A DNA stretch of 64,000 nucleotides from an uncultured Candidatus Saccharibacteria bacterium (GCA_964610055.1 CAZSUC010000001.1:431912-495911); one strand, 5' to 3'. Shown: positions 29,160-39,145, counted from the stretch's first letter. A program made the numbers and translations. The notes: generated from the letters alone by a model not told the origin.

Positions 29160-30305
29160 CTAGACAAGGACATCATTGGAAGATTTTTCGCCAAAGAATT
29201 CACTAATCATCTCGTTGTATCTAAAGAAAGCACCAAGTAGTTGGAATGCATAGTCTGGTTGGATAATTCCATCCAATCGAAATAGCTTAATCTTTGTCGG
29301 CTTTCCCCTGCTCCTACTAAGAAGAGGATTCCACTCATCCCTAAATCTCTCATTGTGAACTGCTCGGCTATACGCAAAAACAGATCCATCAAAATGAGTA
29401 AACTTTTGCTGAGACCTATCCCATTCTAAGTGTGCAAACCGGTGCAGTACAACCTTGTCAGTAATTCCAGCACTTCCATTAATTGGCAAAATTTCTTCGA
29501 CAGAAATCGATTTCTTAGGTCCTGTCGACTGATTTTTTATATCAAAGACTGTAGCGTTAATCGGGTAGGTATCGTCCAGTATTTTCTTCTGACTATTTTC
29601 CATCCTCTTGTGCAGTGTCGTTCCTACATAATTTTGATCATTCAAATTTTCAATTGAAAAGTAAGGACCATGCCAATAGTCAGCCTCTACATACTCTAAA
29701 TAGTTCTTCGAATCAGTCATTCGGCTTGGATCAACAGCTAACTTAAGCTCAATATCATTATCATCATGAGCCTTCATCAGCAGGCTAGTTGTATCAGTAA
29801 ACTTTCCCTGAAAAAACCTTCGCAAAAATGGATGATAGTAGATAAGCTTATCTCCAAAAATAATTCCCTGTCTTCTTAAATCAAACAAACTAGCTTCTAC
29901 CAAATTATCACCATCAAACTCCAATTTCTCTTTCTTCAAAAAATCTACCACCAAACCACTGCCACCACGTTCAATATAAAAATTGATTCTCGGGAATAGT
30001 TTATCAACGTCATAGGTTATACATGCAAAAACAATATCTTCAATATTTTCAGAGCCCATTGGAAATAGCAGAAGTTTAAGATCAGGATATTTTTCCATTA
30101 AATCTTGAATATCTGCTTTTTTAACTCTCGTCTTATAAATAGCATCGAGCTTATCGTATAGGTGACGTAGCTGACTGCTATTTAGATAAAAATTTAAACG
30201 AGTAGGAATTCCATCCCTATGAAAAAGCTCTTGGGAAAAGTTGTTGAGCAATTCCTCCTCTGAGCTATTACCACCAACAAAATTGAGAATCGTCTTTTCT
30301 TGCAT
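29160..30305 (-). CDS. hypothetical protein (island cargo, unknown function)
   Basis: 381-aa ORF convergent with terminase large subunit; no recognisable motifs. Confidence 0.45.
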   Translation of the reverse strand: MQEKTILNFVGGNSSEEELLNNFSQELFHRDGIPTRLNFYLNSSQLRHLYDKLDAIYKTRVKKADIQDLMEKYPDLKLLLFPMGSENIEDIVFACITYDVDKLFPRINFYIERGGSGLVVDFLKKEKLEFDGDNLVEASLFDLRRQGIIFGDKLIYYHPFLRRFFQGKFTDTTSLLMKAHDDNDIELKLAVDPSRMTDSKNYLEYVEADYWHGPYFSIENLNDQNYVGTTLHKRMENSQKKILDDTYPINATVFDIKNQSTGPKKSISVEEILPINGSAGITDKVVLHRFAHLEWDRSQQKFTHFDGSVFAYSRAVHNERFRDEWNPLLSRSRGKPTKIKLFRLDGIIQPDYAFQLLGAFFRYNEMISEFFGEKSSNDVLV

Positions 30306-30377
30306 ATAAATAGCATAACATTTGAGGCCAGTTACCTACTTCCCTTGTAGAAAACCTTGCGGCACTGTTGACCTGCT

Positions 30378-31661
30378 ATGAGCGACATCCGCTACTGCCT
30401 ATATGCCAGAAAATCGTCAGAACGGGACGAACTTCAAGCCCTTTCAGTGGATTCCCAAGTAAAAGAGATGCAGGACATGGCTAGACGAGATGGGATTAAC
30501 GTGGTGGAGATATATCGAGAAAGTCACTCAGCTAAAGACTCGGGGCAACGTCCGGTATTCATGAAGCTAATTGAAGATATTAGGAGTAGCAAATTCAATG
30601 GAATTCTGACATGGGCGCCAGACCGCTTAAGCAGAAACGCTGGTGACCTGGGATCACTAGTTGATCTCATGGATCAAAAGAAGCTTGAAGAAATCCGCAC
30701 TCACGGTCAGACATTCCATAACTCGCCGAATGAAAAATTCTTACTCATGATCCTGTGTAGCCAAGCCAAGCTTGAGAACGACAATCGAGGACTAAATGTG
30801 AAGCGAGGCCTGCGCGCTAAGTGTGAGATGGGGTATAGGCCAGGGGTATCGCCGCTTGGGTATCTCAACAATAAATTTGCGAAGAAGGGCGAGAAGAAAG
30901 TTACACTTGATCCCGCTCGCGCGCCCATTATTAGGGAGATGTTCGAGAAGGTCGCATATGAAGGCTACAGCGGCCATCAAATACTAAGATGGATTAACAA
31001 TGAGACCGACTTTACTACCAGATCAGGAAAACAAATGGTGCTAAGCACCGTCTATCTCCTACTTCGCGATACTTACTACTATGGGAAATTTGAATACCCG
31101 AAGGGTAGCGGAAATTGGTACAAAGTTAATCACAAATCAATCATCACTAAGAAGATATTTGATCTGGTACAAGAAAATATCGTGGCTACAAAAAAGCGTA
31201 AGCCCGGAACACTGGAGTTCGACTTCACTCGGCTCATAACTTGCGGTGAGTGTGGCTCTGGAATATCAGCGGAGGAGAAATACAAACAACTTAAAAACGG
31301 ATCAGTAAATAGATATGTGTATTACCGATGCAGTAAGGGCAAGCGAGTAGAATGTCACGAACCGTACGTAAGAGAAGAAAACCTTGTTGAGCAGCTATTA
31401 CAGCTGATAGACAATCTGGATATGGATAAAATGCTTATTAGTAATAAGCTAGCCAAAGAATTAGAAAAGTACCAAAAGTTCGCATCTGGAGTGCTGCAGG
31501 TAGAAGAAATTAGTAGTACGCCAAAAGTAGATATTCGCAGTTATGCGAAGTATGTTTTAAAAGAGGGCAGTCGAAGCGAGAAAAGAGACATCTTATCTTG
31601 TCTGCAAACAAAATTAATTCTTACCAATCAAAAAATTTCTCTTAGAGCGCATAGCAACTAG
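30378..31661 (+). CDS. large serine recombinase
   Basis: 427 aa; resolvase catalytic domain YCLYARKSS...Q; recombinase domain; zinc ribbon CGECGSG...YYRCSKG. Confidence 0.9.
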   Translation: MSDIRYCLYARKSSERDELQALSVDSQVKEMQDMARRDGINVVEIYRESHSAKDSGQRPVFMKLIEDIRSSKFNGILTWAPDRLSRNAGDLGSLVDLMDQKKLEEIRTHGQTFHNSPNEKFLLMILCSQAKLENDNRGLNVKRGLRAKCEMGYRPGVSPLGYLNNKFAKKGEKKVTLDPARAPIIREMFEKVAYEGYSGHQILRWINNETDFTTRSGKQMVLSTVYLLLRDTYYYGKFEYPKGSGNWYKVNHKSIITKKIFDLVQENIVATKKRKPGTLEFDFTRLITCGECGSGISAEEKYKQLKNGSVNRYVYYRCSKGKRVECHEPYVREENLVEQLLQLIDNLDMDKMLISNKLAKELEKYQKFASGVLQVEEISSTPKVDIRSYAKYVLKEGSRSEKRDILSCLQTKLILTNQKISLRAHSN

Positions 31662-31678
31662 TCTAAGTAGGTACCTGC

Positions 31679-34600
31679 CTAAGCACTGCATATAACATCA
31701 AGATCTGTTCCAATAGTTTCTTTCAAGTAACTATGCGCAGCTGCAAGTACGGCTGCTTGCTCCGGGGTATGCGAAGCAAGCGAAAGCCCTGGTTGGACTA
31801 TAACTATCTCTGACCTTATCTCTTTAAACCTACTTACCTTTACATAGCGGTTAAGGTCTGAGGTTTGACCTACCAAAAAACGAGTTGCTCTGACCACTTT
31901 TATCAATCTCTTCTCTCTTCCCAAAACATGGCGGCATAAATCTCTAAATTTCCATTTCCACTTTGCTGACCGAATAGCCTGAGAACACACTTCAACTACA
32001 TCATTTACTCGTTCACCGGGGGTACTTCCCTTTGTAAATTTGCAATGAACCAATGTGAGTCTAATATGATCATCCTCTTCCTTTAAACAAACAAGATCAG
32101 CCGCCTCTCCTGAAGCGTCGTCATTAAATACCACGTCAAAGCCCCCTTCAATGAAATGCTGCGCAGCACGCCACTGAATCGAATCCAAATGCTCAGCGCC
32201 CTCTTTCCACATTGATTCCTTGCTAATGTCCACACCTTCCCAATCCCAAACCTCAAATCTTTCTACGGGAAAAGTGAGATCTTGTGTGCTCTGAGGGCGA
32301 ATCAGAAGGTTGCCATCCAGTTCTGATAGATCCATAAAACGTATTAGTGGAGGATAGTTAGAAAAATACTCTTCAACTTTCACTTCTAAGGAGCCGACTC
32401 GAATTTTTAGTTCCATCGAAGATGAGCGAGTAACCCGAAAGCCCTCTATACCCCCAACAGTTAGTTTAAAAATCCCCCAAACATCTCCTGTACTTGAACG
32501 AAGTTGGAAATCAACCTCACTAGTTGTTGCATCAGAGTGTAGTATTTCGATATCAAACATAGCAATCGATAGCTCATCATCTCCCTTTAGCAGTGTCACG
32601 CGCTCTTCCGACTGACGTATCAACTCTACCGGCCAGTCGATGCTTAATATTTGTGCGTCTGGAAGAGCGGTAACCTCTTCCGGAATCAAAACGTTTTCAA
32701 TAATTTTTTTTGTATCAATAGTATCGTCTTTCAACTTCCTACCAACAGCTTCACACCATCTTACAAGCTCGGGTACAGTCCCGGGCTCACGGGCCCAAAT
32801 ACGGCCCTTATATGAACACCCTATTGTTACCGGCCCACCATTTTCCCAGCCTGTTCCACTCAGGTTTGATTTTATAGATCCAGCTCTTTCTGAAATACTT
32901 AGAGCTTCTGCAACATCAGAACCTGTATACAACGCGTACCTTAAATTACGTCGCCCATGCTTCCGAACTCCCACATTTTGAAAAATCAGGCGATTAATAT
33001 TGCCAAGCGACCGAAAAATTATATCTCCTGATATTATCTGTGTACCACCGACTGCTAATGCAACCTTTTCATGATTTGAAGATTTGTCGCTCGATGACAG
33101 AAAAAGCAACCCTTGATCCTGATCATAGTGAAGAACAAAAAGATCCCATATGCGATCACGAATCTTTTTTGAGCGGGTCCACCGGATCGGTGGCTCCAGC
33201 CGAGTTACAAAATAAAGAGTATTTGTTTCCTCATGAAGCCATACCCTATGCACATTGAGACCTTTTGGTATTCCTTTAAAAAACCTTTTTGGGTTAAAAG
33301 ATGCTGCTTCATAGACAAGGGTACTGAAAGTTGGCCTTAGAAGATGGTGCGATATCTCAAGCTCCTCATCACCGTCAACTTCATCAAGTCTCTGTGACGA
33401 GTTAAGAAATTCAACCAAAGATGCGTGAGACCGAGCAGCATCAGAACTAAGCTCACTTAGAAGGTGGTTCCAGTCAGCATCTTCACTGTAAAGTCTTTCT
33501 AAAGCAGAAGACACACCTTGCTCGGCAATATTCGCAATCACAGTTGCATCACCAATTGACTCAGCAGAACTTCGAGTAAATCTTCCGGTAAATTGCAGAA
33601 GTATTGCTAAACTTTTGTGCGTATCATGAATAGCGGCAACTTTCAGTTGAGGAAGATCAAAACCTTCTCCTAGCATATTAACACACACGACTATTCGACT
33701 CCCTCCAGACCTTAACGTGTCTATCAATCCATCGGTATCAGCTAAATCAGAGTGAACAAGAACAGGGTTAAGATCGGGAGCAATTTCTTGATAAATTTGG
33801 CAAACATAGCTAGCCCTGCTTATGTTTGCACATCTTGCCATCATTATGTGGTTTTTCCCTGAGGCGACATCTTCACGTAAACGATCCACTGCAGCTTTTG
33901 CAATTGCCTGATCGGCTGCCTCTTGGTCAATCTCATAAACTGATTCAAAAGAAATCTTTTTGAAATATCCATCACGCTGTGCCAATTGAAGTGGGTATTC
34001 ATAAATCACTTTCCCATCAACCAACTTCCCATCTCGCCGATATGGTGTGGCAGTAAACTGTAAAACTTTGCACGCAGAAAAATTTTCACGGAAAGATGCC
34101 CAACCCTTTGCTGCGACGTGATGAGCCTCGTCAACAATTAAAGTATCAACTACTTCCGCAACTGCAGGTAGCAGACTAGATGTAACACTTCCAGTTAAAG
34201 CGCTCATGGTAGCTACTACTACGTTGCAATCCTCGAATATGCTGACTTCATCCTTAGTCCGGGGGCGCCTGGTAACTATTCCCACAATAGGGTTTTTTGC
34301 TCCAGGCATTAGGTTCCCAAGTGATCGCAGTAAGCCAAGGGTAAGAAATTTTTTAGCCGTTTGATCGCGCAGCACTCTAGACGGAACCACAACTAGTAAC
34401 CTCCCAGAGGCATATGCGATCAAGGTGGCAAGCATTGTCTCGGTTTTGCCAGTACCTGTGGGCATTACGATGGTAGCTGGCTGATTATTCAAGCTCCAGT
34501 GTGAACCGATTGCATGCAGTCCTCCTATTTGAGGTGGCCTTAAACCCTTCGATACAACATTACCAGCTTTATCCCTCTCCTCAGCATGAAAACTAAACTT

Positions 34601-34999
34601 ACCATTCCAACTAGCTGCTATTTCGGTTGCAATGTGCTTAAGGCCTTTTTGTTCAACATTTTCTTGAAATTCATCAAGTAATCTATGGGATAACCACTTT
34701 GATTCAGTACTAGCATCAATTTGCAATATGCCGTCCACACTAGAGGGACGAGAAAGTTTTTTTCGTTCTGTAACAATAATTGCTTGCCCGTCCGAGAGTT
34801 TGTATAGTTTTTCCCTAATTCTAGAAGAGACCTGAATGTCCTCAATGCTAATCACATCTTTTACCCCACCTTCTCCCAAAACGTGACTAATGTGCCCCAC
34901 GGCATGTTTAAGAGGTCCAAACTCAAGAGCAGGGAGTTTCAATTTCGTTGCAGTATTTTCTGATTCTAAATTTGGACTCATTATTGATATTAGAGACAA
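31679..34999 (-). CDS. SF2 DEAH-box helicase with large C-terminal region ending in a putative PD-(D/E)xK-like nuclease domain
   Basis: 1106 aa; Walker A MPTGTGKT, Walker B LIVDEAHHV, motif III FTATP, motif V NMLGEGFDLP, motif VI QFTGRFTR; C-terminal GEAADLVCL...LTLVHCKF; ORF track start is TTG, first ATG at 34981. Confidence 0.65.
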   Translation of the reverse strand: MSLISIMSPNLESENTATKLKLPALEFGPLKHAVGHISHVLGEGGVKDVISIEDIQVSSRIREKLYKLSDGQAIIVTERKKLSRPSSVDGILQIDASTESKWLSHRLLDEFQENVEQKGLKHIATEIAASWNGKFSFHAEERDKAGNVVSKGLRPPQIGGLHAIGSHWSLNNQPATIVMPTGTGKTETMLATLIAYASGRLLVVVPSRVLRDQTAKKFLTLGLLRSLGNLMPGAKNPIVGIVTRRPRTKDEVSIFEDCNVVVATMSALTGSVTSSLLPAVAEVVDTLIVDEAHHVAAKGWASFRENFSACKVLQFTATPYRRDGKLVDGKVIYEYPLQLAQRDGYFKKISFESVYEIDQEAADQAIAKAAVDRLREDVASGKNHIMMARCANISRASYVCQIYQEIAPDLNPVLVHSDLADTDGLIDTLRSGGSRIVVCVNMLGEGFDLPQLKVAAIHDTHKSLAILLQFTGRFTRSSAESIGDATVIANIAEQGVSSALERLYSEDADWNHLLSELSSDAARSHASLVEFLNSSQRLDEVDGDEELEISHHLLRPTFSTLVYEAASFNPKRFFKGIPKGLNVHRVWLHEETNTLYFVTRLEPPIRWTRSKKIRDRIWDLFVLHYDQDQGLLFLSSSDKSSNHEKVALAVGGTQIISGDIIFRSLGNINRLIFQNVGVRKHGRRNLRYALYTGSDVAEALSISERAGSIKSNLSGTGWENGGPVTIGCSYKGRIWAREPGTVPELVRWCEAVGRKLKDDTIDTKKIIENVLIPEEVTALPDAQILSIDWPVELIRQSEERVTLLKGDDELSIAMFDIEILHSDATTSEVDFQLRSSTGDVWGIFKLTVGGIEGFRVTRSSSMELKIRVGSLEVKVEEYFSNYPPLIRFMDLSELDGNLLIRPQSTQDLTFPVERFEVWDWEGVDISKESMWKEGAEHLDSIQWRAAQHFIEGGFDVVFNDDASGEAADLVCLKEEDDHIRLTLVHCKFTKGSTPGERVNDVVEVCSQAIRSAKWKWKFRDLCRHVLGREKRLIKVVRATRFLVGQTSDLNRYVKVSRFKEIRSEIVIVQPGLSLASHTPEQAAVLAAAHSYLKETIGTDLDVICSA

Positions 35000-35127
35000 T
35001 TGTTAACCCCATACAATAGTATATCCACGACACTTAGGCACGCCTGGACTTAGGGGCACTTCTGTGCTCCATATGATAATTGAGACCTTGGATAGAGTCC
35101 GGTTGACTCGAACTAAATTGGCTTGCT

Positions 35128-35198
35128 CCGGGACAGGGATTCGAACCCCAATTTTTGGGACCAGAACCCAACGTCCTGCCGTTAGACGATCCCGGAAT
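35128..35198 (-). tRNA. tRNA-Gln (anticodon CUG)
   Basis: Cloverleaf derived by hand: acceptor tccggga/tcccgga, anticodon arm ttggg-ttCTGgt-cccaa, T-arm ggggTTCGAATccct. Confidence 0.7.
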
Positions 35199-35276
35199 AA
35201 GTATTCATAAACTACCTTAAAAGTATAAAGTAAGCAACTAGTCAAATCAGGTCATTCGGGGTACAGTAAAGCCCGA

Positions 35277-35350
<74 letters not shown>

Positions 35351-35374
35351 CTAGCATGTGGTATAATCAAGAAC

Positions 35375-36328
35375 ATGACCGGTCCTTCCGCGTACGTTGA
35401 TGTTCGCAATTTATCAGTTACATATACCGCGCCTCGCTCTAAACTAAAGGCAATTTTTGGTCGCGCTCCTCTGTCATTTCCTGTTATTAAAGATCTTAAT
35501 TTACAACTTTCGCACGGCGATCATGTTGTTTTGTTTGGGTTAGCCGGGTCTGGTAAAAGCACACTTTTACGTGCTTTAGCAGGCGGTATAACTCCTCTGT
35601 CTGGTCGGATTCTTGTGAATGGAATTAATCCAGCACATAATCGTCGCACTGCTGCTGGTTATGTTTCCAGCGAAGAAACTGAACCCCAAGGTGACTCATT
35701 GCGTGACATTCTTTATGCTTATGGCCGCAGTCATGATGTTTTGAATTTGTCTGAAAAGATTGATGCTTTAACCGACGCTGCCGATTTAAACGGAATTTTA
35801 GATCGCACCCCATCCCAACTTTCCACCACCGAACGCTTGCGGCTTAATCTGGCACGCGCTGCTTTATCCGACGCTCCTCTTGTTCTGCTTGATGATGTTG
35901 CTGATACTTTGCCCCCGGCCTTTCTCGCCAATTTTATTGCTGCCGCCATGCCTCATCAAACTATTATTATCGCTACTCGTTTTCCTGAAGTCGCGGAAGC
36001 TTTTGATTGGCCTATTTTGTTATTAAGCCAAGGCCATTTAGTTCACACTGGCACTTGTGATGAATTAGCTGACGCGACCTCCTGTCCCCGCTTTCTTGAT
36101 GTCTGGGTTGAAGGCTTGCGTTATGATTTGTTGCGTCGTTTGCGGCAGCACCCGGGTATTTTATCTGTTAGATTAGTTCCGACCACTCAATTTTCCGGTC
36201 AAAAATTACGCGTCGCTTTACGTTCCGCCCGTTATTTACCCTCAGTGTATGACGCTATCAGCCAAGCGCCTTTAGTGAGCGTTAAAGAAATTCCCGTCAG
36301 TCTGACAGAAATTCTCAGCCGCATCTAG
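35375..36328 (+). CDS. ABC-transporter ATP-binding protein-like (degenerate Walker B and signature)
   Basis: 317 aa; Walker A GLAGSGKST; signature-like LSTTERLRLNLARA; Walker B LVLLDDVAD lacks catalytic Glu. Confidence 0.65.
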   Translation: MTGPSAYVDVRNLSVTYTAPRSKLKAIFGRAPLSFPVIKDLNLQLSHGDHVVLFGLAGSGKSTLLRALAGGITPLSGRILVNGINPAHNRRTAAGYVSSEETEPQGDSLRDILYAYGRSHDVLNLSEKIDALTDAADLNGILDRTPSQLSTTERLRLNLARAALSDAPLVLLDDVADTLPPAFLANFIAAAMPHQTIIIATRFPEVAEAFDWPILLLSQGHLVHTGTCDELADATSCPRFLDVWVEGLRYDLLRRLRQHPGILSVRLVPTTQFSGQKLRVALRSARYLPSVYDAISQAPLVSVKEIPVSLTEILSRI

Positions 36329-36340
36329 CCCTCAAATTTA

Positions 36341-37267
36341 TCAGTCCCTCAAGTATCGTCTGATCGCAATCAAGCTGCTAAATGTCGCCAAACCAATCGC
36401 GATTATTAATTGCAATCCGACAATTTTAACCCAGTTCTCTACCGCGTATTGGTAAACATTAAATGGATCAGTGTGGGAATCAAAGAAAAATCGTTGTAAT
36501 TGTGGGGTTGCGGTACGTAGTAAAGGAAATAAAATCACGTTCGACAAACCAACTCCCACAATGGCAACCAAGACTGTTTCAAAAATAAACGGCCCTTGGA
36601 TAAACCAACTCGATGCTCCAACTAACCGCATAATATCAATCTCCTCTCGGAAACTGTAAATAGCCAACCGGACTGTATTGAAAGTGATTAATATGACCAA
36701 CAATGCAAAAATTATGGAAATTACAATCGTAACGTTTTTAATCGAATCAATTAACGAAATTAAACGGTCAATCACGCTACGAGAAGAGTCGTAATTAATT
36801 TCTTCAATGTAAGGGACATATTTTTCCGCCTCCAAAGCCTGGGCAATTTTTTCGTAAAACTGCGGCTCAGTCGCCACAATATAAATACTTGCTGGCAGCG
36901 GATTGTCTTCTAGTTCTTGTAGTGAATCCTCGATTAACGGATCATCCTGGTGGCGCGTTTTGAAATTTTCCAACGCTTCTTCGCTGGAAACAAGCCGCAC
37001 GCTCTCCACGTCACTGCGCGCTTCCAGCTCCGCTGCAATCGCATCAATGTATTCTTGCTGAATATTTTCTTTAAATGTAACTGACAAATCAACCTTTTGT
37101 TCAATCGTGTGCAATACTTCGCTGCCAAATACATTCGCAAATAACAAAAATGACACCATTAACAAGGTTAGAGTCATCATAATAGCCGTCGCGACAGACA
37201 GCCAAATATTTCGCCAAAAGTTTTGAAACGCTGATCGTGCTACTCGAAAAAAAGAAATTCCTACCAT
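36341..37267 (-). CDS. ftsX: cell division permease FtsX
   Basis: 308 aa; 4-TM permease with large first periplasmic loop, immediately downstream of ftsE. Confidence 0.8.
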   Translation of the reverse strand: MVGISFFRVARSAFQNFWRNIWLSVATAIMMTLTLLMVSFLLFANVFGSEVLHTIEQKVDLSVTFKENIQQEYIDAIAAELEARSDVESVRLVSSEEALENFKTRHQDDPLIEDSLQELEDNPLPASIYIVATEPQFYEKIAQALEAEKYVPYIEEINYDSSRSVIDRLISLIDSIKNVTIVISIIFALLVILITFNTVRLAIYSFREEIDIMRLVGASSWFIQGPFIFETVLVAIVGVGLSNVILFPLLRTATPQLQRFFFDSHTDPFNVYQYAVENWVKIVGLQLIIAIGLATFSSLIAIRRYLRD

Positions 37268-37269
37268 AG

Positions 37270-37950
37270 TTATAGTTTATAAGTTCCTCCTTGCTGGTCA
37301 GAAACAACCAAGCCTTTACTAATAGTTACCACCCGCTTTTTTAACGCGTTTACAATATCGTCGTTATGAGTTGCTAATAAAACTGTTGTTCCTAATTTAT
37401 TAATTTTAATCAGCAATTGCACTATATCCCACGAATGCAAAGCATCTAAATTACCTGTTGGCTCATCCGCTAAAAGAATTTGCGGCTTATACGCCAACGC
37501 TCGTGCAATCGCTACTCTTTGTTTCTCTCCGCCAGACAAATTCGTCGGATATACATCTGCTTTTTCCAGTAAATTCACTAATTTCAAAATATGCGGCACT
37601 GCATTCCGAATTTCACGCGTCGGTGCTCCACCAACTTCCATCGCAAACGCCACGTTTTCAAACACACTGCGCTTCGGTAATAATTTAAAATCTTGAAACA
37701 CTACTCCAATTTGCCGGCGCAAATGCGGAACTTGCCACTTTTTAATCCGTGTAATATCCCAGCCATCAATCACAATCTTACCTGCTGTCGGTCTTTCCTC
37801 AGCCGACAATAATTTTAATAAAGTTGATTTCCCTGCTCCACTTTGCCCTACAACAGAAACAAAATCACCAGTTGCAATGCTCAAAGATACATCTTTTAAA
37901 GCCGCACTACTCGGTGTGTATGCTTTCGAAACGTTAGAAAAAGTAATCAT
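37270..37950 (-). CDS. ftsE: cell division ATP-binding protein FtsE
   Basis: 226 aa; GQSGAGKSTLLKLL, LSGGEKQRVAIARAL, LLADEPTGNLD. Confidence 0.85.
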   Translation of the reverse strand: MITFSNVSKAYTPSSAALKDVSLSIATGDFVSVVGQSGAGKSTLLKLLSAEERPTAGKIVIDGWDITRIKKWQVPHLRRQIGVVFQDFKLLPKRSVFENVAFAMEVGGAPTREIRNAVPHILKLVNLLEKADVYPTNLSGGEKQRVAIARALAYKPQILLADEPTGNLDALHSWDIVQLLIKINKLGTTVLLATHNDDIVNALKKRVVTISKGLVVSDQQGGTYKL

Positions 37951-37973
37951 GAATTGGACTTAGCCCGTACCTT

Positions 37974-39069
37974 TTATTTTGCCTCAAATGTGGAATCAAG
38001 GAAAGTGTCGAGTTGTCCGTCTAGTACCGCTTGTACATCCGTCGTCTCAACCCCACTGCGATGATCTTTAACTAATTTATACGGATGCAAAACATATGAC
38101 CGAATTTGATTGCCCCAGGCTGCCTCTTTAATTTCACCGCGCAATTCGCTCACTGTTTGTGCGCGTTGCTCTTCCATCAGCTGGCTTAATTTCGCTTTCA
38201 AAATACTTAGAGCCTGTGCTTTGTTCTGTCCCTGCGAGCGTTCATTCTGGCACTCTACTGTAATTCCGGTTGGCATATGTTTGACTCGTACCGCTGAGCT
38301 CGTCTTATTCACTTTCTGTCCTCCCGCCCCGCTGGCGCGGAAAGTATCAATTTCAATTTCTTTCATATCAATTTCCGGTAATTCTTTTTCCGGCAATTGT
38401 GGAATCGCTTCCACGCGTGCAAACGAAGTTTGGCGCAAACTATCCGCGTTAAAAGGTGATTGTCGCACTAATCGATGCACTCCCCGCTCCCCTCTTAATT
38501 TGCCGTAAGCTAAACGTCCGCTAAATAAGATTGTACTGTGTTTTATCCCCGCTTCTTCTCCCGGAGACCGATTAATAATTTTCGTTTGCCATTTTTCATG
38601 CTCTGCAAACCTTAAATACATCCGTTCCAGCATTTCTGCCCAATCTTGGGCGTCTGTCCCTCCTACCCCGGCTTGAATTGTCACAATTGCATTTTGATCG
38701 TCATGCGGCCCGTCAAAACGTAAATCATGCTCAATCTGTGTTAACCCCTTCTCAATTTTTTCCACATCAGCTAACAATGTCTCAATTTCCTGCGCATCTT
38801 TTTCCGCCGCCGCTAATGCCAATAATTCTCGTGTTTCAGTCAGTAACTGATCTAATTCTAGCCACGCTTCAATTCGTCCCTGTGCCGCTGCTTTTTCCTG
38901 CTGCAGGGCTTGCGCGGTTTCTCGATTATCCCAAAATCCGGGCATCAATTCCTGCTGACCTATATCCTCAATCCGTTGTTTTAAGTTTGGTACGTCAAAG
39001 ACGGTCGGCTGCGTCTTGCAGCCGCCGGCTCATGTCTTGTAGTCGTTCTGACCAAGTATCAGGTACCAT
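37974..39069 (-). CDS. prfB: peptide chain release factor 2 with programmed +1 frameshift
   Basis: Frame-0 ORF MVPDTWSERLQDMSRRLQDAADRL ends at CTT TGA C (plus coords ~38985-38993); +1 frame continues DVPNLKQRIEDIGQQELMPGFWDNRETAQAL...; GGQ motif (SGAGGQKVNKT), SPF motif (RQSPFNADS). Confidence 0.85.
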
Positions 39070-39073
39070 ATTG

Positions 39074-39145
39074 AGCCACCTGTCGGATTTGAACCGACGA
39101 CCTACGCGTTACGAATGCGTTGCTCTACCACTGAGCTAAGGTGGC
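39074..39145 (-). tRNA. tRNA-Thr (anticodon CGU)
   Basis: gccacct acceptor, D-arm gctcagtggtagagc, anticodon loop ttCGTaa, T-arm gtcggTTCAAATccgac. Confidence 0.75.

Larger units (their letters stand above)
19200..35127. mobile_element. integrated mobile/defence island (degraded prophage or satellite-like) abutting tRNA-Gln(CUG) 3' end
   Basis: Contiguous block with XRE regulator, TIR-protein operon, ParB-methyltransferase, terminase small and large subunits, large serine recombinase, helicase-nuclease; right edge is the 3' end of tRNA-Gln; left edge only approximate. Confidence 0.5.

Noticed and set aside
35003-35245. 80-aa minus-strand ORF
   Set aside because: Overlaps tRNA-Gln(CUG) and its flanks; GC-rich tRNA sequence produces spurious ORFs
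38678-39139. 153-aa plus-strand ORF
   Set aside because: Antisense to the prfB 5' region and tRNA-Thr; explained by those features
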